Assembly: GCA_012295275.1 (NCBI GenBank)
Contig: CM022671.1
Span: 62,001 to 126,000, forward strand
Length of the DNA stretch: 64,000 bases
Source of the DNA: Chrysomallon squamiferum
Lineage: Eukaryota > Animalia > Mollusca
Direction of reading: 5' to 3'
Shown: positions 43,901 to 64,000 of the stretch, in pieces
Layout of the letters: each line of letters starts with the position of its first letter
How positions within the stretch are numbered: the first letter of the stretch is position 1
Translations under genes and position numbers: made by a program
Notes under the pieces: generated by a model
Seen by the model: the letters and a program-made list of their open reading frames with translations, nothing else
The model's database searches: none
Told to the model about the DNA's origin: nothing

Positions 43901-45096
43901 AATAGTAACCGTACTGTGTTACTATTTCTTTTGACATAGTCATCATTAGTGGTTCGAAAATGACTAAAGATGAAAATGTTGAATAAAAAAAATAAAATGA
44001 GTCAAAATAAATTTTTCAGGATTGTTGGAGGTCTGGAGACACTGGACAAAATGGAGAAGATTGAAGTGGACAAGAAAGATCGCCCAAAAGAAGAGATAAA
44101 AATAGAACAGTGTATTGTGTTCGTCAACCCGTTTGAGGAGGCTGATGAAATGGTAAGTGATAATACAGAAAAAATATTCTTTAATCTTTTTTTTTCTGTT
44201 TTTTTAACGTGAATTGCTATTTATGTAACTGATGGGTGAGAGGATCACTTTGAGTGTGATGGGCATGTGTATTTAAAAGAGAACATTTACTAGTGTTCAT
44301 TATTTTTGATGTCTTGCCCAAGTATTACTTATGAATAATCAATTTATTAGTCTTTTTATTATTTATTTATAAAAAAAATGTTATTATTATAGTAATTACT
44401 TTATTATTGTAAGTACCATAAATATTGTTACTAATATTTTTATTTTATTTATTTTTGTTATTGTTGTTGCTGTTGTTGTTGTTACTATTATTATTATTAT
44501 TATTATTACACAGTTACAACAAGAAAGAGATGATGAAGAGGAAAAAGAGAAATCAGTTAAGGAAGCTGAAATGAAGAAGAAAATGAGAAAAAAGATGGAT
44601 GATGAGGGACAAAAAGTTTTCAAAACTGGAGTTGGCAAATATATAAATGTTAATCAAATGTAAGTGACAAACATATCAAGATCAATGAGTTTTTAAAGCC
44701 AAATATATAAACAAATCAATTTTAAATGCCAAATGAAAAAAGATAAATCTGATGTAAGTGGCAAATACAGAAAGATAAAGTAGACATTAATGGCAAACAC
44801 ATATATGTTGGTGTGGCTAAGATATAAATGTTAACTGACTGCAAGTGACAGACAAACATAAACATTAACCAGTTATGGGTGCACGTACTTTGTTATATTA
44901 AAACCTAGATATTGTTGTAAACCAAAGTCTAGGATTATTCATTATTATTGTTGTTGTTGTTGTTATTATTATTAATTTACTTATTTTTATTTTAAGAAAA
45001 AGACAGAGTGATGACAGTACTACATCAAATTCTTCAGAAAGTTCTAAAAAGAAAATGAAAGCTTCTGCTGGATTTGGTGATTTCAGTTCATGGTGA
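34701..45096 (+). CDS. PPIL2: RING-type/U-box E3 ligase with cyclophilin domain PPIL2 (Cyp60), complete, 19 coding exons, about 525 aa
   Basis: Exons: 34701-34732, 35650-35754, 36049-36111, 36981-37032, 37511-37562, 37793-37884, 38364-38453, 38744-38819, 39179-39288, 39933-39977, 40495-40570, 40980-41086, 41541-41630, 41973-42006, 42510-42627, 43478-43534, 44020-44152, 44514-44659, 44997-45096. Total 1578 nt, all GT-AG and phase-consistent. The protein starts [10 protein letters not shown], contains [55 protein letters not shown] and [10 protein letters not shown], and ends GFGDFSSW like human PPIL2. Confidence 0.97.
40091..40238. repeat. 60-bp tandem duplication in a PPIL2 intron
   Basis: ATAATAAATAGAAA(T/C)GATTCTTTTTTTTCTT(A/T)TTTCTGATTAAAAAATAAT repeats with period 60. 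Confidence 0.85.
42589..43290 (+). repeat. Tandem copies of the PPIL2 exon-15/intron junction (111-bp units, then derived 83-bp units)
   Basis: ATGGCCAACAGTGG recurs at 42590, 42701 and 42812. An 83-bp unit recurs at 42841, 42924, 43007 and 43090. An older copy lies at about 43150-43290. Confidence 0.9.
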
Positions 45097-45682
45097 CACA
45101 ATAATTAAAATAAACACTGCAAAAACTAAATATAAAAACATAAAGAAACAAATATATGGAAAAACAGTTTTCTCAACTTTTTCCATCAGTTTTGGAACAT
45201 TGATAAGTTTCCATTTCTGGATTTATAAAATATGCTGAAGAAAATCTGAGTACTGTCCATAGAAACACAGTTCTGTTTGTGATAATTCTTAATTTCTTCA
45301 GGCAGAAGATTTTTCAAAACAGCACATAGGAATTCATGTAGGAGGTGGAAAACAGTTATTTTTTTGTGTGATGATACAGTTATTGAAGACTTCAGCATTC
45401 AAGAAATACTAGATGATGTGCAATTATTCATAATTCAGTATGCTGATTAATACAAGGAATTGAGTGAAAATTTATATCTGTAATAACAGTCCATGTTTGA
45501 GGATTCCTTCCATGAAAGGATTGGGACTGGAAATGTTTCAGAAAACAAAGTCAAAAATGTTTTCTTATGTAACAAAATAGCCTGAAAATAGGATCTAACT
45601 ATTAAACACAAAATCCATTTACATTTAATACACAACTTCTACAGGTATTTTTATATACTATTTTTAATAATTTTGTGACAGA

Positions 45683-45688
45683 AATAAA
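45683..45688 (+). terminator. Candidate PPIL2 polyadenylation signal
   Basis: AATAAA followed by GT-rich sequence (GTTTGTGTATGTT). Other AATAAA copies exist (for example 45109), and the hexamer is common in AT-rich DNA. Confidence 0.3.
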
Positions 45689-45846
45689 GTTTGTGTATGT
45701 TAAACCATCTGAAAACTATAAAATGTTTCAACAGCTGCACAAAAATGAATTCAGAATTACTGATATATATTTATCTGTATCTGCTAAGTAACACTGTTAA
45801 TGAGAACATCTGAATATAAGATAGTAAAGGTTTTCAGTGTGAATGA

Positions 45847-46076
45847 TGTTGTTAATACAATGAAATATATGAAATTGTATCTAATAATATAATATCTGTT
45901 AATAATATCATCAAGACATCTAGATATAAAATCAAGTGAATTGTGTTAACATCTGTTGTTGTTAATACAAGGAAATATATGAAATTGCATCTAATAATAT
46001 AATATCTGTTAATAATATCATCAAGACACCTAGATATAAAATCAAGTGCATTGTGTTAACATCTGTTGTTGTTAAT
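45847..46076. repeat. 110-bp tandem duplication downstream of PPIL2
   Basis: GTTAATACAA...ATCTGTTGTT occurs at 45851 and 45961 with few mismatches. Confidence 0.9.
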
Positions 46077-48182
46077 CATCAGCTTGATGTTCATGACAGT
46101 GTGAAAAATTCAAAAAGAATACAATTTAGTCCAATTTTGTATTTTTTTATTATTTTGTATTTTTTATGAGGAATAAACACAAAATGGTGAAAAAGTTCAA
46201 CATGATAATAAATCGGTTATATTTGATAAGAGCATCGGTAAAGATGAACAAATTCAACACAGCCATAGAACTGTTGTATTATTATGAGGACATTCAGATA
46301 CAAAACAGTACAAAAACATTTGTTATATGTACTGAAGTTCTTATCACAGTGGTTTTCTCTTGATAACAAAATTTGAGGTGAGGAGATGACATTATGGATA
46401 TAAAATAAAAACATTAATTTTAATAAATAATGTCTCTTTTATTTTTAGTATCAGTTGTTTGTCCTGACATTTTTTTATTTCATAAACAGAAAGTTGGCAG
46501 CCTAATGATTGACTGCTCCGTTACAAATACATCAAATGACACTGTTAATGATTATTGTTAAATACTTAAGTTTATTAAAGTGTAATAAAATTCCACAGTT
46601 ATCTGGTTCGGCAGGTAGTTCTTATATTAGGAAAACCACAGAGGTCCTTGTATTGTTTTTCAACACGATTTTACGAAAACGTCGACATTTCCAAACTTTC
46701 CCCTGACATGTCACATTTAGTCATACCTGTCATTTCGTTTATTTTGTTATTAACACAGTATTTCATACATAACTAAACTAAATTAAACAGACTTATTTAA
46801 CTTTAAACAAATGTAACTGAAACCTTCAACCTGCTTTGACCCACTCGGGTGTATGTGTGGACAATTTTTTATCTTCAAGCCTTGAAGAGTTTACTTTGCT
46901 GTTGATCGTCACAGAACGTAGTGTTTCGGATTATCTTTCTTATTCTTAGTCAGGTATACGTATTTACTTGCACGTTTTTCTCATTTAAAGACACAAATTT
47001 GCCCTAGCGACTTTGGTTTTGTATTACAAAAAGTTGAGTGACCTCAAGTTTTTAGAGTTGTCATTGGTTTTAAGCGTACGTTTGGTGCACATTCAAATAA
47101 CATTCAAATGACACTAAGTTAATATAAACTCAGCTAATACAAGTTAATATAAACTCAGCGTCCAGTCTATTCTAAAATAAAGACCAGCATGACATGTTCT
47201 AGATTTCTGTTACGATATGATATCACAAAAGTGAAAATGTCAGCTTCCATTAATTTTTACTAGCGTGTTATAATAATGTTATACTCTCGCTAGCAATGGT
47301 TGGTATCTAACAACAACAACAACAAAACAACACCGTCACTTATATTCAATGTATACACAGTCTATTCAAAATGTATTTGAATAGACTATTCGACATTACT
47401 ATCAAAAATAGCCAAACGATAGTAATATAATATAATATGGCCTGAATGAGATAGGTATGTATGAAATATACCAGTTTAATTTTGATAAATGAAGTAGAAA
47501 TTATATAAAAGGTTGCTGATAAACATCTCCATTCGTGCAGAAATATGACATTAAAAGTTTCTAGAAAACTGAGAAGAGTTAGGTATAGTTACCCAGGTAT
47601 ACCTGTGTTCTAGGTATGTCAACGGTGTCCCCATGTTTCCACGCTGTATGCAGTTCCACAAATAGCATGCCCTTCAGCACGTCTTCTTTAACACAAATTA
47701 ATGTTATTACTGAATGGAGAAATGTAAAACTTTAATTTAAAACAGGTAAAAGGCATATGTACGTAAATTTCAATACAGATATTTATCTTTAAACTGGTCG
47801 GTAAATAATATAAAAGATAAAGTAAAAAAAATAATAACTTAACTCTATCTCGCTGTACGTTGCTGATGATTTAACAACACTTTTTATCTAAAGTCAAGCG
47901 ATCGTATCTTCGTGATCCTTTGACAAATTCAAAAATGAATAAAGAAATGTTTAAATATGCTTAGAAAATATACACAAATATAGTATTTAAATATTATTTA
48001 CTGAACCTTTATATAAGTATTTCCGCAGACAACAAGAGTTAAATTTAACGCACCCCACCCTGCTATGAATACATAAACAAACGACAAAGTACAGTTGGTT
48101 TAGATACATATATATTTCGTTTTTCTTTGCCGAATATCAGTTTTTCTGTCAGCTGGTTTGTAGAAAAGATCGCATCTCGATA

Positions 48183-56309
<8,127 letters not shown>

Positions 56310-58504
56310 TCAAAATTAATAAATAAATAAATAAATAAATAAATAAGAAGAAGAGAATAATCGTTTGTCCAACGTTTTATTCTATTTTATCAGTATTAAA
56401 ACGGTTAGAAGAAAAAGTACTGTTTACATATAGCACAATCCTTAATACGAAACAACGCTGTATGGACTTCATGGAAATACTGCAGTTATGCGCTGGAAAA
56501 TACTGATCAATAATAACCATGTTTTATCATCTAATAAATTATGTAATCTGTATTTGGTTGTTGTTTTGGGGGTTTTAATGGGTTTTTACTTTTAATTTAT
56601 ATACGTGTGTCAGTCGTGGGACTTTGCTATGCTAGTAAAAGAGAAGCAGGAAAAAATAAATTTTAACAATGAATTTCTGTTAACAGCAGCCGAGAATAGT
56701 TTTTTATACAATATTTTGAACAAGCAAACAAATATGGTTTTTAATTCAACTGTCATCATCATCATAATAATTACAGGATTTGCTGTTTCCAGTTCCAGTT
56801 AGTACTCTGTGTTTTTCTGATAATGGGAAGATGTGTATTTTGCTGCTAGGCTAATTGTAAGAAATATTCAGTAATGTTCTAATAAGGTTTCTCTCAGAGC
56901 TCTAACACTAGTTACAGTAATAAACAAAGAAATTAATAATATATTAAATAAATAAAATAAAACAAATTAAATTAATTAATTTAAAAAAATAATCTATCAT
57001 ACTTTATAATCGTTAATATTAAAATGTTATAAAAATATTAATTCAGGCATTTATTATTTTTAGTAATATTAGCAATTCAGTAACATTCACAGTACCTCTA
57101 ATAATGATAAGAAAAAGAATAAATAGGTCAATATATTTCTGCATTGTATTGTTTTATTAAACAACAAATTCATTACTATCGATACCTTGAAATAAAGTGG
57201 AAGAACCTCATAACTTGAGGAGACAAAGAAAAATCTTAAATACATCGTATATTGCGAGATTAAAATACGGGCTTGAATCAGGAACTCATATTCATAAAAC
57301 TTAACAAAAAATCAAAGATAACCCAGATATTAAGTTTCAAGTGGTGTATATTTTCATCTTTGACAAGTTACTGAAATTAGATTATAAAATTCCAGCCAGT
57401 CATAAAAGACAAGTCTTTTCAATTTTTTGACCAATTAAATTCTCTCTTAGAAACGTCATTTTTGTTTACTTCTTCTTTTGTGTCATCTTTTTTTATTTTA
57501 AAATAAGAAATATAATTCTTAACAATTTCTTTTTTTGTTTTTGTTATGTACAGTACAACTACTACTATTACTATTATTAATACTACTACCAAAACTATTA
57601 TTGTTGTTGTCGCTGTTATTATTGTTGCTTTTGTTATTATTATTTTTTGTGTAAATTAATATTTACTTATTTATATGAATTGTTTAAAATAGTAATTAAA
57701 ATTGACGGCAATAAAGATCAACAATGGCATTAGCAACAATAACAACATAAATAATACAACAAAATCAGTTATATAACAATCTAAAGTTTAGCTTGTAGCA
57801 GCAATAACAGTAGCACCAACACAGCAGCAGAGGTCGCAGTAAGATGAAGAAGAATAAGAAAAAGAAGAAAATGATTCCATTAAATACTCCTATACAAGTT
57901 ATGGTATAGAACATTATTAAGCAGCTATAAAAGATGTGACAACTTCATGTAAACTGAAAAGAGGAAATATATATAAATAAAATAAAATAACACGGATGAA
58001 AAATAAATTGTTCATTCCTAAGCCAGTTATTTGAAAATAAAAAATTCAGTGATATAAATCTATATTTACTAAGAAATATTTAAGTTTAAAGGAACAGCCT
58101 GGCATCGGCTCTCGATTTGACACACAAACAAAACCACGTCCTTGTTTGCATTGTTGCCACCCGTGATCGAAACATGTCCTGGATAAAAGTGCGGGATTAC
58201 CCGAGTCAAAAGCAGCTGACGTAGAGTAGGCGGAGTTAACTCGTTTGAATGACACATCTATTTTTGCGCTTCATTCTTTACAATTTTTTCTTTTCTGTTC
58301 GAATCGACAGGTGATACAATATATACAAAAAAAGACAATTACGTCAAAATGATAAAATATTCAGAAGCTGTCCAGCTGTCTTTCTGACAACGAACTAGAA
58401 TCGTGATATTTGGACACATATGATGTAACATTTACGACATTTTTTAAATCCAAATATTAAGGATATAAAACGGTGTTTAATAAGATATAATTCTGCTGTG
58501 CAAT

Positions 58505-58718
58505 ATGGAGTCGTATGACTACACGATAAAAGTAATTCTGTTAGGCGACTACGGTGTGGGAAAAACGAAACTTTTGACTTCCTTTGTACACAAACCCGGA
58601 CCCCTGCCGGACACAAACCCGGGTTGCTGTTGTCCGGTACCTCGCCCCGGAGGCTACACTGACATAAAACTTTGCAGAAACAACAGAAACATATTGGTGA
58701 AACTAACCGATACTGGAG
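58505..58718 (+). CDS. Rab-like small GTPase, first coding exon (remainder probably beyond the window)
   Basis: MESYDYTIKVILLGDYGVGKT gives a Rab-type N-terminus and G1 P-loop. LVKLTDTGG is the G3 box, split by the donor G|GTAAGC at 58719. An upstream acceptor with a polypyrimidine tract at 58309-58310 suggests the exon begins at 58311. No downstream exon was recognised before 64000. Confidence 0.82.
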
Positions 58719-60006
58719 GTAAGCATTAAAAATAGAGTGAACAAACGAAACACTAACCACACTTTATCTTTTAAAAATGATCAAGTTTTAATATTCAAGT
58801 CGTAACAATCTTCATTTATGTTTATATATATAACTTTTTAGGGGGTTGCGGGATCGGATCACAGTTCGGGTTAGCGAGACCATTATCCGATTACAAACAT
58901 TTTAGTTAATAAAGATTAAAAAAAATTCGAATGTGCATGTAAGATGCCATCTTGGTGATGATTAGTTATAACCAACGAAAAATGGCAGGAACGGGAATGT
59001 TCAGTTGCACTGTAGGCCTTAGATGAAAAGTACAAATATCTCAAAAACGTATCACACGAATTAAATGTTGCAAAATGATAACCACAACACAGTGGCCACG
59101 GTGCAGTTATCGGACTTGACAGTGAGATAACTTAATTAAAAATGTACCGTTACGGTATAATCGAGTTAATTGGATTATTTTTAATTTAAAGTGTACAATA
59201 TATACAAATCAATTATTGTTATGTACAGTACAACTACTACTATTACTATTTACACTTTAAATTATTTTTAATTTAAAGTGTACTATTTTTTCTCAGGTAC
59301 TGATTCAAAATGGGGTTGGAGAGAACGTGGAAAATAAAGTTTTTATTTATTTATTTATTTATTTTTATTTTTTATTATCCATTTATTTTAAAATACATAC
59401 CCTAACATACATAATCCAATTTTCTTTTTTTTAACTTTATGCTTGCATACTACATAATTGTTTTGTAAAAGAAAAAAGAAAATGAAACAAAGCTATTGTC
59501 AGCAGTTTTTATCACCGGTAACCCTCTGGCAGTTAGGCACCTGATTCAGCCTTGAACAAATTCAGAATCTTTTCCTTTTGAGATTACAGTATAAAATACT
59601 ACTAATTAAAATAGAATGAAAAAATAATAATAATACATCTACTCGTGCTAGTAATATATTATCATATATCCAGAAATATCCTGTGTATATGATAAAACAA
59701 AATGTATTTTAAAATATAATAAATAAATAAATTCTTAAAGCAGGATTTCTTAAAATATATTATTGTTTGTTTTTATCCCAGTATATTATTGTTATCTGTT
59801 AATATTTTAGCTACAGCCTCGTTCACTAACGTTAAAAATAATTAAATACCATAAATTTGATTTCATGAAATTTACTTCGACTTAATTATAATTTAACGTA
59901 TTTATTATTTTAAAAATAAATTAACGTTATTCGCTAATAAACAAAGATGCATTTGCACAGTATTTATGTTCTACATACTAACATAAATATTATGTATATG
60001 GATAGG

Positions 60007-60056
<50 letters not shown>

Positions 60057-60399
60057 CACACACACACAAACTTTGTCTGTCTCATTGTCTGTCTCACTGT
60101 CTGTCTGTCTGTCTCTCACTGTCTGTTTTTCTTTTTTCTTTCTTTCTTTTTTTTTTTAACTTTCTTTCTGTTTCTCTGACTCTTTCCTTTTCTCTCTCTC
60201 TGACAGTCTGTAACACTATCCGTCTCTCCGCGTGTATTTCAAATAAAACTGATAAAAGCTTACGTTCCTGTCACACCATTCTGCCCACTATTCAACAATC
60301 AACTTACTCAGTCATGGTCACATTTTTCGACAACGCCTGTTTAACTTAGAAGAGTGCTCTTACCCATTATCCAGTGAAATAACACGTACCTGTCACATG

Positions 60400-60632
60400 C
60401 AGGGGCGAATCCAGAACTTCGCTGGGCACCTGGTGTTTGCTTATATATGTGTTTGTGTGCGTGCGTGCGTACTTTTGTGTGCATATGTGTTTGTGAAGTG
60501 TGTTTGTTTATGTGTGAGAGAGAGAGAGAGAGAAAAAAGAGAGATGTAAAAATAAAGTAATTGTCGGCAGATAATAAAGGGTGGAGCCAGGTGCATGAAG
60601 GGGCGTATCCTAAATTTTATGGATGAGGGGTG
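60400..60632. mobile_element. Remnant DNA-transposon ends
   Basis: Two similar GC-rich motifs, CAGGGGCGAATCCAG (about 60400) and AGGGGCGTATCC (about 60599), resemble hAT-like MITE termini. No inverted partner or TSD is seen. Confidence 0.3.
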
Positions 60633-61613
60633 TCATCTTTATGCCACCGTGGTAATGGAAACCGTTTGAAAATGAAATAAACTTCATTACCTATATATTA
60701 CACTCAGCAGCAGCAGCAAAAAAATAATAATAATAAAAAAAAAAAAATAATAATAATAATAATAATCCCCAGGATCGTAGAGAAGAACCGTAATAACTTT
60801 TATGATATATAAACTGCATAATTTAAAACCGCGCGTGATAAATGCTGTGTAAATCAGTTAAGTCCAAAGTTCATCAGCTGAAACGTTTCTATCTCAACAT
60901 TATAATCTTGCAACGAAATCGATCACTGTGTCCTCACTGCACTCACGTAAGTAAGGAGGCAGAACGCTGTAACACAGAGAGAGAAATCAAATTTACATTC
61001 CGCACCATCTAGGTCAGTATACCTGAGTAGGTTAAACAGACTGAAACGACGTATTACACACGGTCGATATGAACTTAATAATGAAAAAATATTAATGTAA
61101 AGAGAAACTTGAATTCCTAGCAGTCTTGCGGGTACAGGGTACTGCCTGCAGTTAAACTGGGTGGGGATGTGTGTGGACTGTATATTTATCAAAGCTAATA
61201 TATATAGAGAGAGAGAAAGGAAGAGAGAAATACAGATGTAAAGAAAGAAAGACGGATAGAAATAGTGTCAGCCACAAACAGATAGACAGACAGACAGACA
61301 TAGTGATAGATAGATAGTGTTAATCACTTTGTTAACATACGTCACATAATATCACGTGTCAAGATGTTATTTTTGAAATTTGGTTAATCAGCTTACACGA
61401 CCTCTTTATACTTTCAACTTTTTATATTTATGGAAAACAATCTAATAATAATAATAATAATAAACAAAAGAAAAAACAAACAAACAAACAAAAAAGAAAG
61501 AAAGAAAGAAAAACACAACGGTAATATTAATGACATGTGTCTTATTTAATTATCTATATTCACATTTGTATACAAATACGTGTGAATTTAACTGCATTTG
61601 GAAATAAACACTC

Positions 61614-61705
<92 letters not shown>

Positions 61706-62785
61706 ACTAGACTCTCTAGGTTACTTTACTGTCAAACACGCAAACATTGATAACATAAAACAATTTGAATCATGCAAAATATATTTAAACAATCCGTACA
61801 TCTATATATTTGAACAGTAGACAGGAATAACGTTTCATGTAGCAAGCAGCCTCGTATTTCACAAACTGCCGAGTCACGCTGTGTTATCACACAGAAATGT
61901 CACAGCGCTCTATCTCGCGCTTTAATCTGTTGCTATGCGGCCACAGCTGTGCTGTCGATTTTTACTCGTTTTGTTTTATTTCATTTCTAAAATAAACAAA
62001 TGTCGACTGGTGTATTTTTATTTATATTTTACTGTGTCCTAAATAGAGATATGTGGAATGTATGTATGTGAGTATGCGTATAAAATTATACATATTTACA
62101 CACACACACACACACCCACACATAAGTACACGGGCAGACACATACATACTCGCGCACATACACATGTATATATAATTACACATATATTCACAGACAACTT
62201 AGAATGGGTAAATGTTTGTGTATTTTTGTGTATGTGTATGTGTAAGTGTGTTTGTCTGTCTGTCTGTCTAGCTATCTCTCTTCTGTCAATCTATGTTTGT
62301 CTGTGTGTGTGCATGCTTATTTGTGTCACATGCACAGGTGAGCCTGTATTATACCTGTAAGTATATATTTGCAGATGACCAAACTTTGTGAATGTCTGCA
62401 GTCTTTCAGTTACGTAGTTATCTGCATTAACCTACGCTGTATTATTATTTGCCACTCTATTGAGGTGCTACTCTGGATTTACTGAACAAGAGACAGAGTA
62501 AAATGTAAAGAATAATTTGAACATTACCGGCTATAACCGAAAAGCCTGCCAAGCAAAATGTATCTGTTTAATCATGTGACGCGCCAACTTGTTCTAACAT
62601 CGGCAGTTGTAAGTGAAATAGTTCTCTGTTATTTACACAGATAAACAATAACACACAGAGATCAATACTATATTAATAATATTTCGGAAAAGTGGTTATT
62701 CAATTTTATTTATTTATTATTTTCACCGTTATTATTATTAGTGTTGTTATTATTATTATTATTATTATTGTTATTATTATTATTA

Positions 62786-62816
<31 letters not shown>

Positions 62817-64000
62817 CATCATCATTATCAACATTGTTGTTGTTCTTTTTCATTCTTCTTCTTCTTATTATTTTTATTATAATTATTATGACAATATTTT
62901 TGTTTTTATCAATAACCGAAACAACAACAACAACAAAGAGAAAACAACAACAAAAACAATCAGACACTGTAATCCATATGTTGTCAGTAAGATGTCAGAA
63001 TTTTTTTATATTCTGAAAATTGATTTTACACAACAGTTGTCATATTGCAAGTTGTGATATCAAATCTACATAAAAGAAACAGTATCCGAATTTTAATTAA
63101 ATCTGTTATTTTACGATTCGGTAGATTCAATGGGAACAACAACAAATGTATTAAGACTTTTTTTAAATTTGCTTTTTATTACACCTACTGGTAATGAACT
63201 AATTAATATAAAATGTTTTTATTGATTAATTTGCATTATACATTATTTTTATTATGATAGTATTATATAAATAGTCTGCACATTATAGAGAAGTGAAAAA
63301 TAAACATGGCATCTAGAAACAGTGGTTTTCTACAAGGTGTCGTTTCATCATGTGATAACAGTGTCACTTTGTTAACCAGGAAATTATATATGTATGTGTA
63401 TGTATGTATATTACAAAGTAGTATATGCGCATATACACACACATAAACACACACATAAACACACACATTCACACACACATTCACACATACATTCACACAA
63501 ATATATATATACATACACTCATATATACAAACGCAAACATCGATATATTCTATGTAAGCACGAAATACCAGTGTATAATTATTAGACAGGTATCTCTAGC
63601 AATAAACTATTGTGCTTACGGTAATACAAAATAAAACATTTGATATGAAGGAAGGAAGTGTAAGAGACAATGATAAAACAGGAAGCCCTTGAGTCGTGTG
63701 CATAACTTTGCAGACAAATGAACAAACAGATCAAAGAAGAACGCCATATCTACCTATTTTAAAATTACCATTTGTTAGATACAACATATATTTTATTTGA
63801 GCAGTGTTGTAACTTCACAGAGCAAACTGTCAGGTCTATTCATTTCGGTTTTAAATAAAAGTAAAATTACCGCGACTTTGGCGTACATTTTACTTATATA
63901 AATCACGCTGTGAGCACTGGCTGTCACGACCTAACTCATAAAGGGTTAAGCTTTATTATTTTTATTATTTTATTTAAAAACAGGTCAAGAAAGATACAGA

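Noticed and set aside
47839-48042. Possible TTAA-flanked piggyBac-like MITE (TTAACTCT...AGAGTTAA)
   Set aside because: Only about 8 of 13 positions match beyond TTAA, which is too weak without a repeat library.
63686-63949. Possible MITE ending in AAAGGGTTAA with a gapped inverted partner CCCTTGAGTCGTG
   Set aside because: The inverted match needs two gaps, and the left TTAA is missing.

Overview
AT-rich, microsatellite-dense eukaryotic (metazoan) genomic DNA. An invertebrate, probably molluscan, origin is inferred from repeat style and is not proven. Four spliced protein-coding genes can be reconstructed by hand from GT-AG boundaries. (1) An UNC-93-like MFS membrane protein on the minus strand, with coding exons 18871-17798 and 1517-1250 separated by a 16.3 kb intron; it continues off the left edge. 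(2) A complete 19-exon PPIL2 (U-box plus cyclophilin) gene, 34701-45096, about 525 aa. (3) An L-serine/threonine dehydratase (SDS/SDSL-like) gene, 48183-56309, with an in-frame 33-bp duplication and a damaged or garbled region near 54.36-54.6 kb. (4) The first coding exon of an atypical Rab-like small GTPase, 58505-58718. The rest is tandem satellites (18, 24, 27/73, 29, 43, 53, 62, 83, 111 bp units), microsatellites, one intact hAT-type MITE and degenerate tRNA-derived SINE remnants. Nearly all other ORFs in the track are microsatellite artefacts. There is no CRISPR array, rRNA or intact tRNA. The most notable patterns are tandem arrays that seem to arise from exon-intron junctions, a GACAGTGA core shared by three unrelated arrays, templated or inverted copies of local sequence, a His at the cyclophilin W121-equivalent position of PPIL2, and the unusual switch-I region of the GTPase. 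I did not find a clearly novel multi-gene system.
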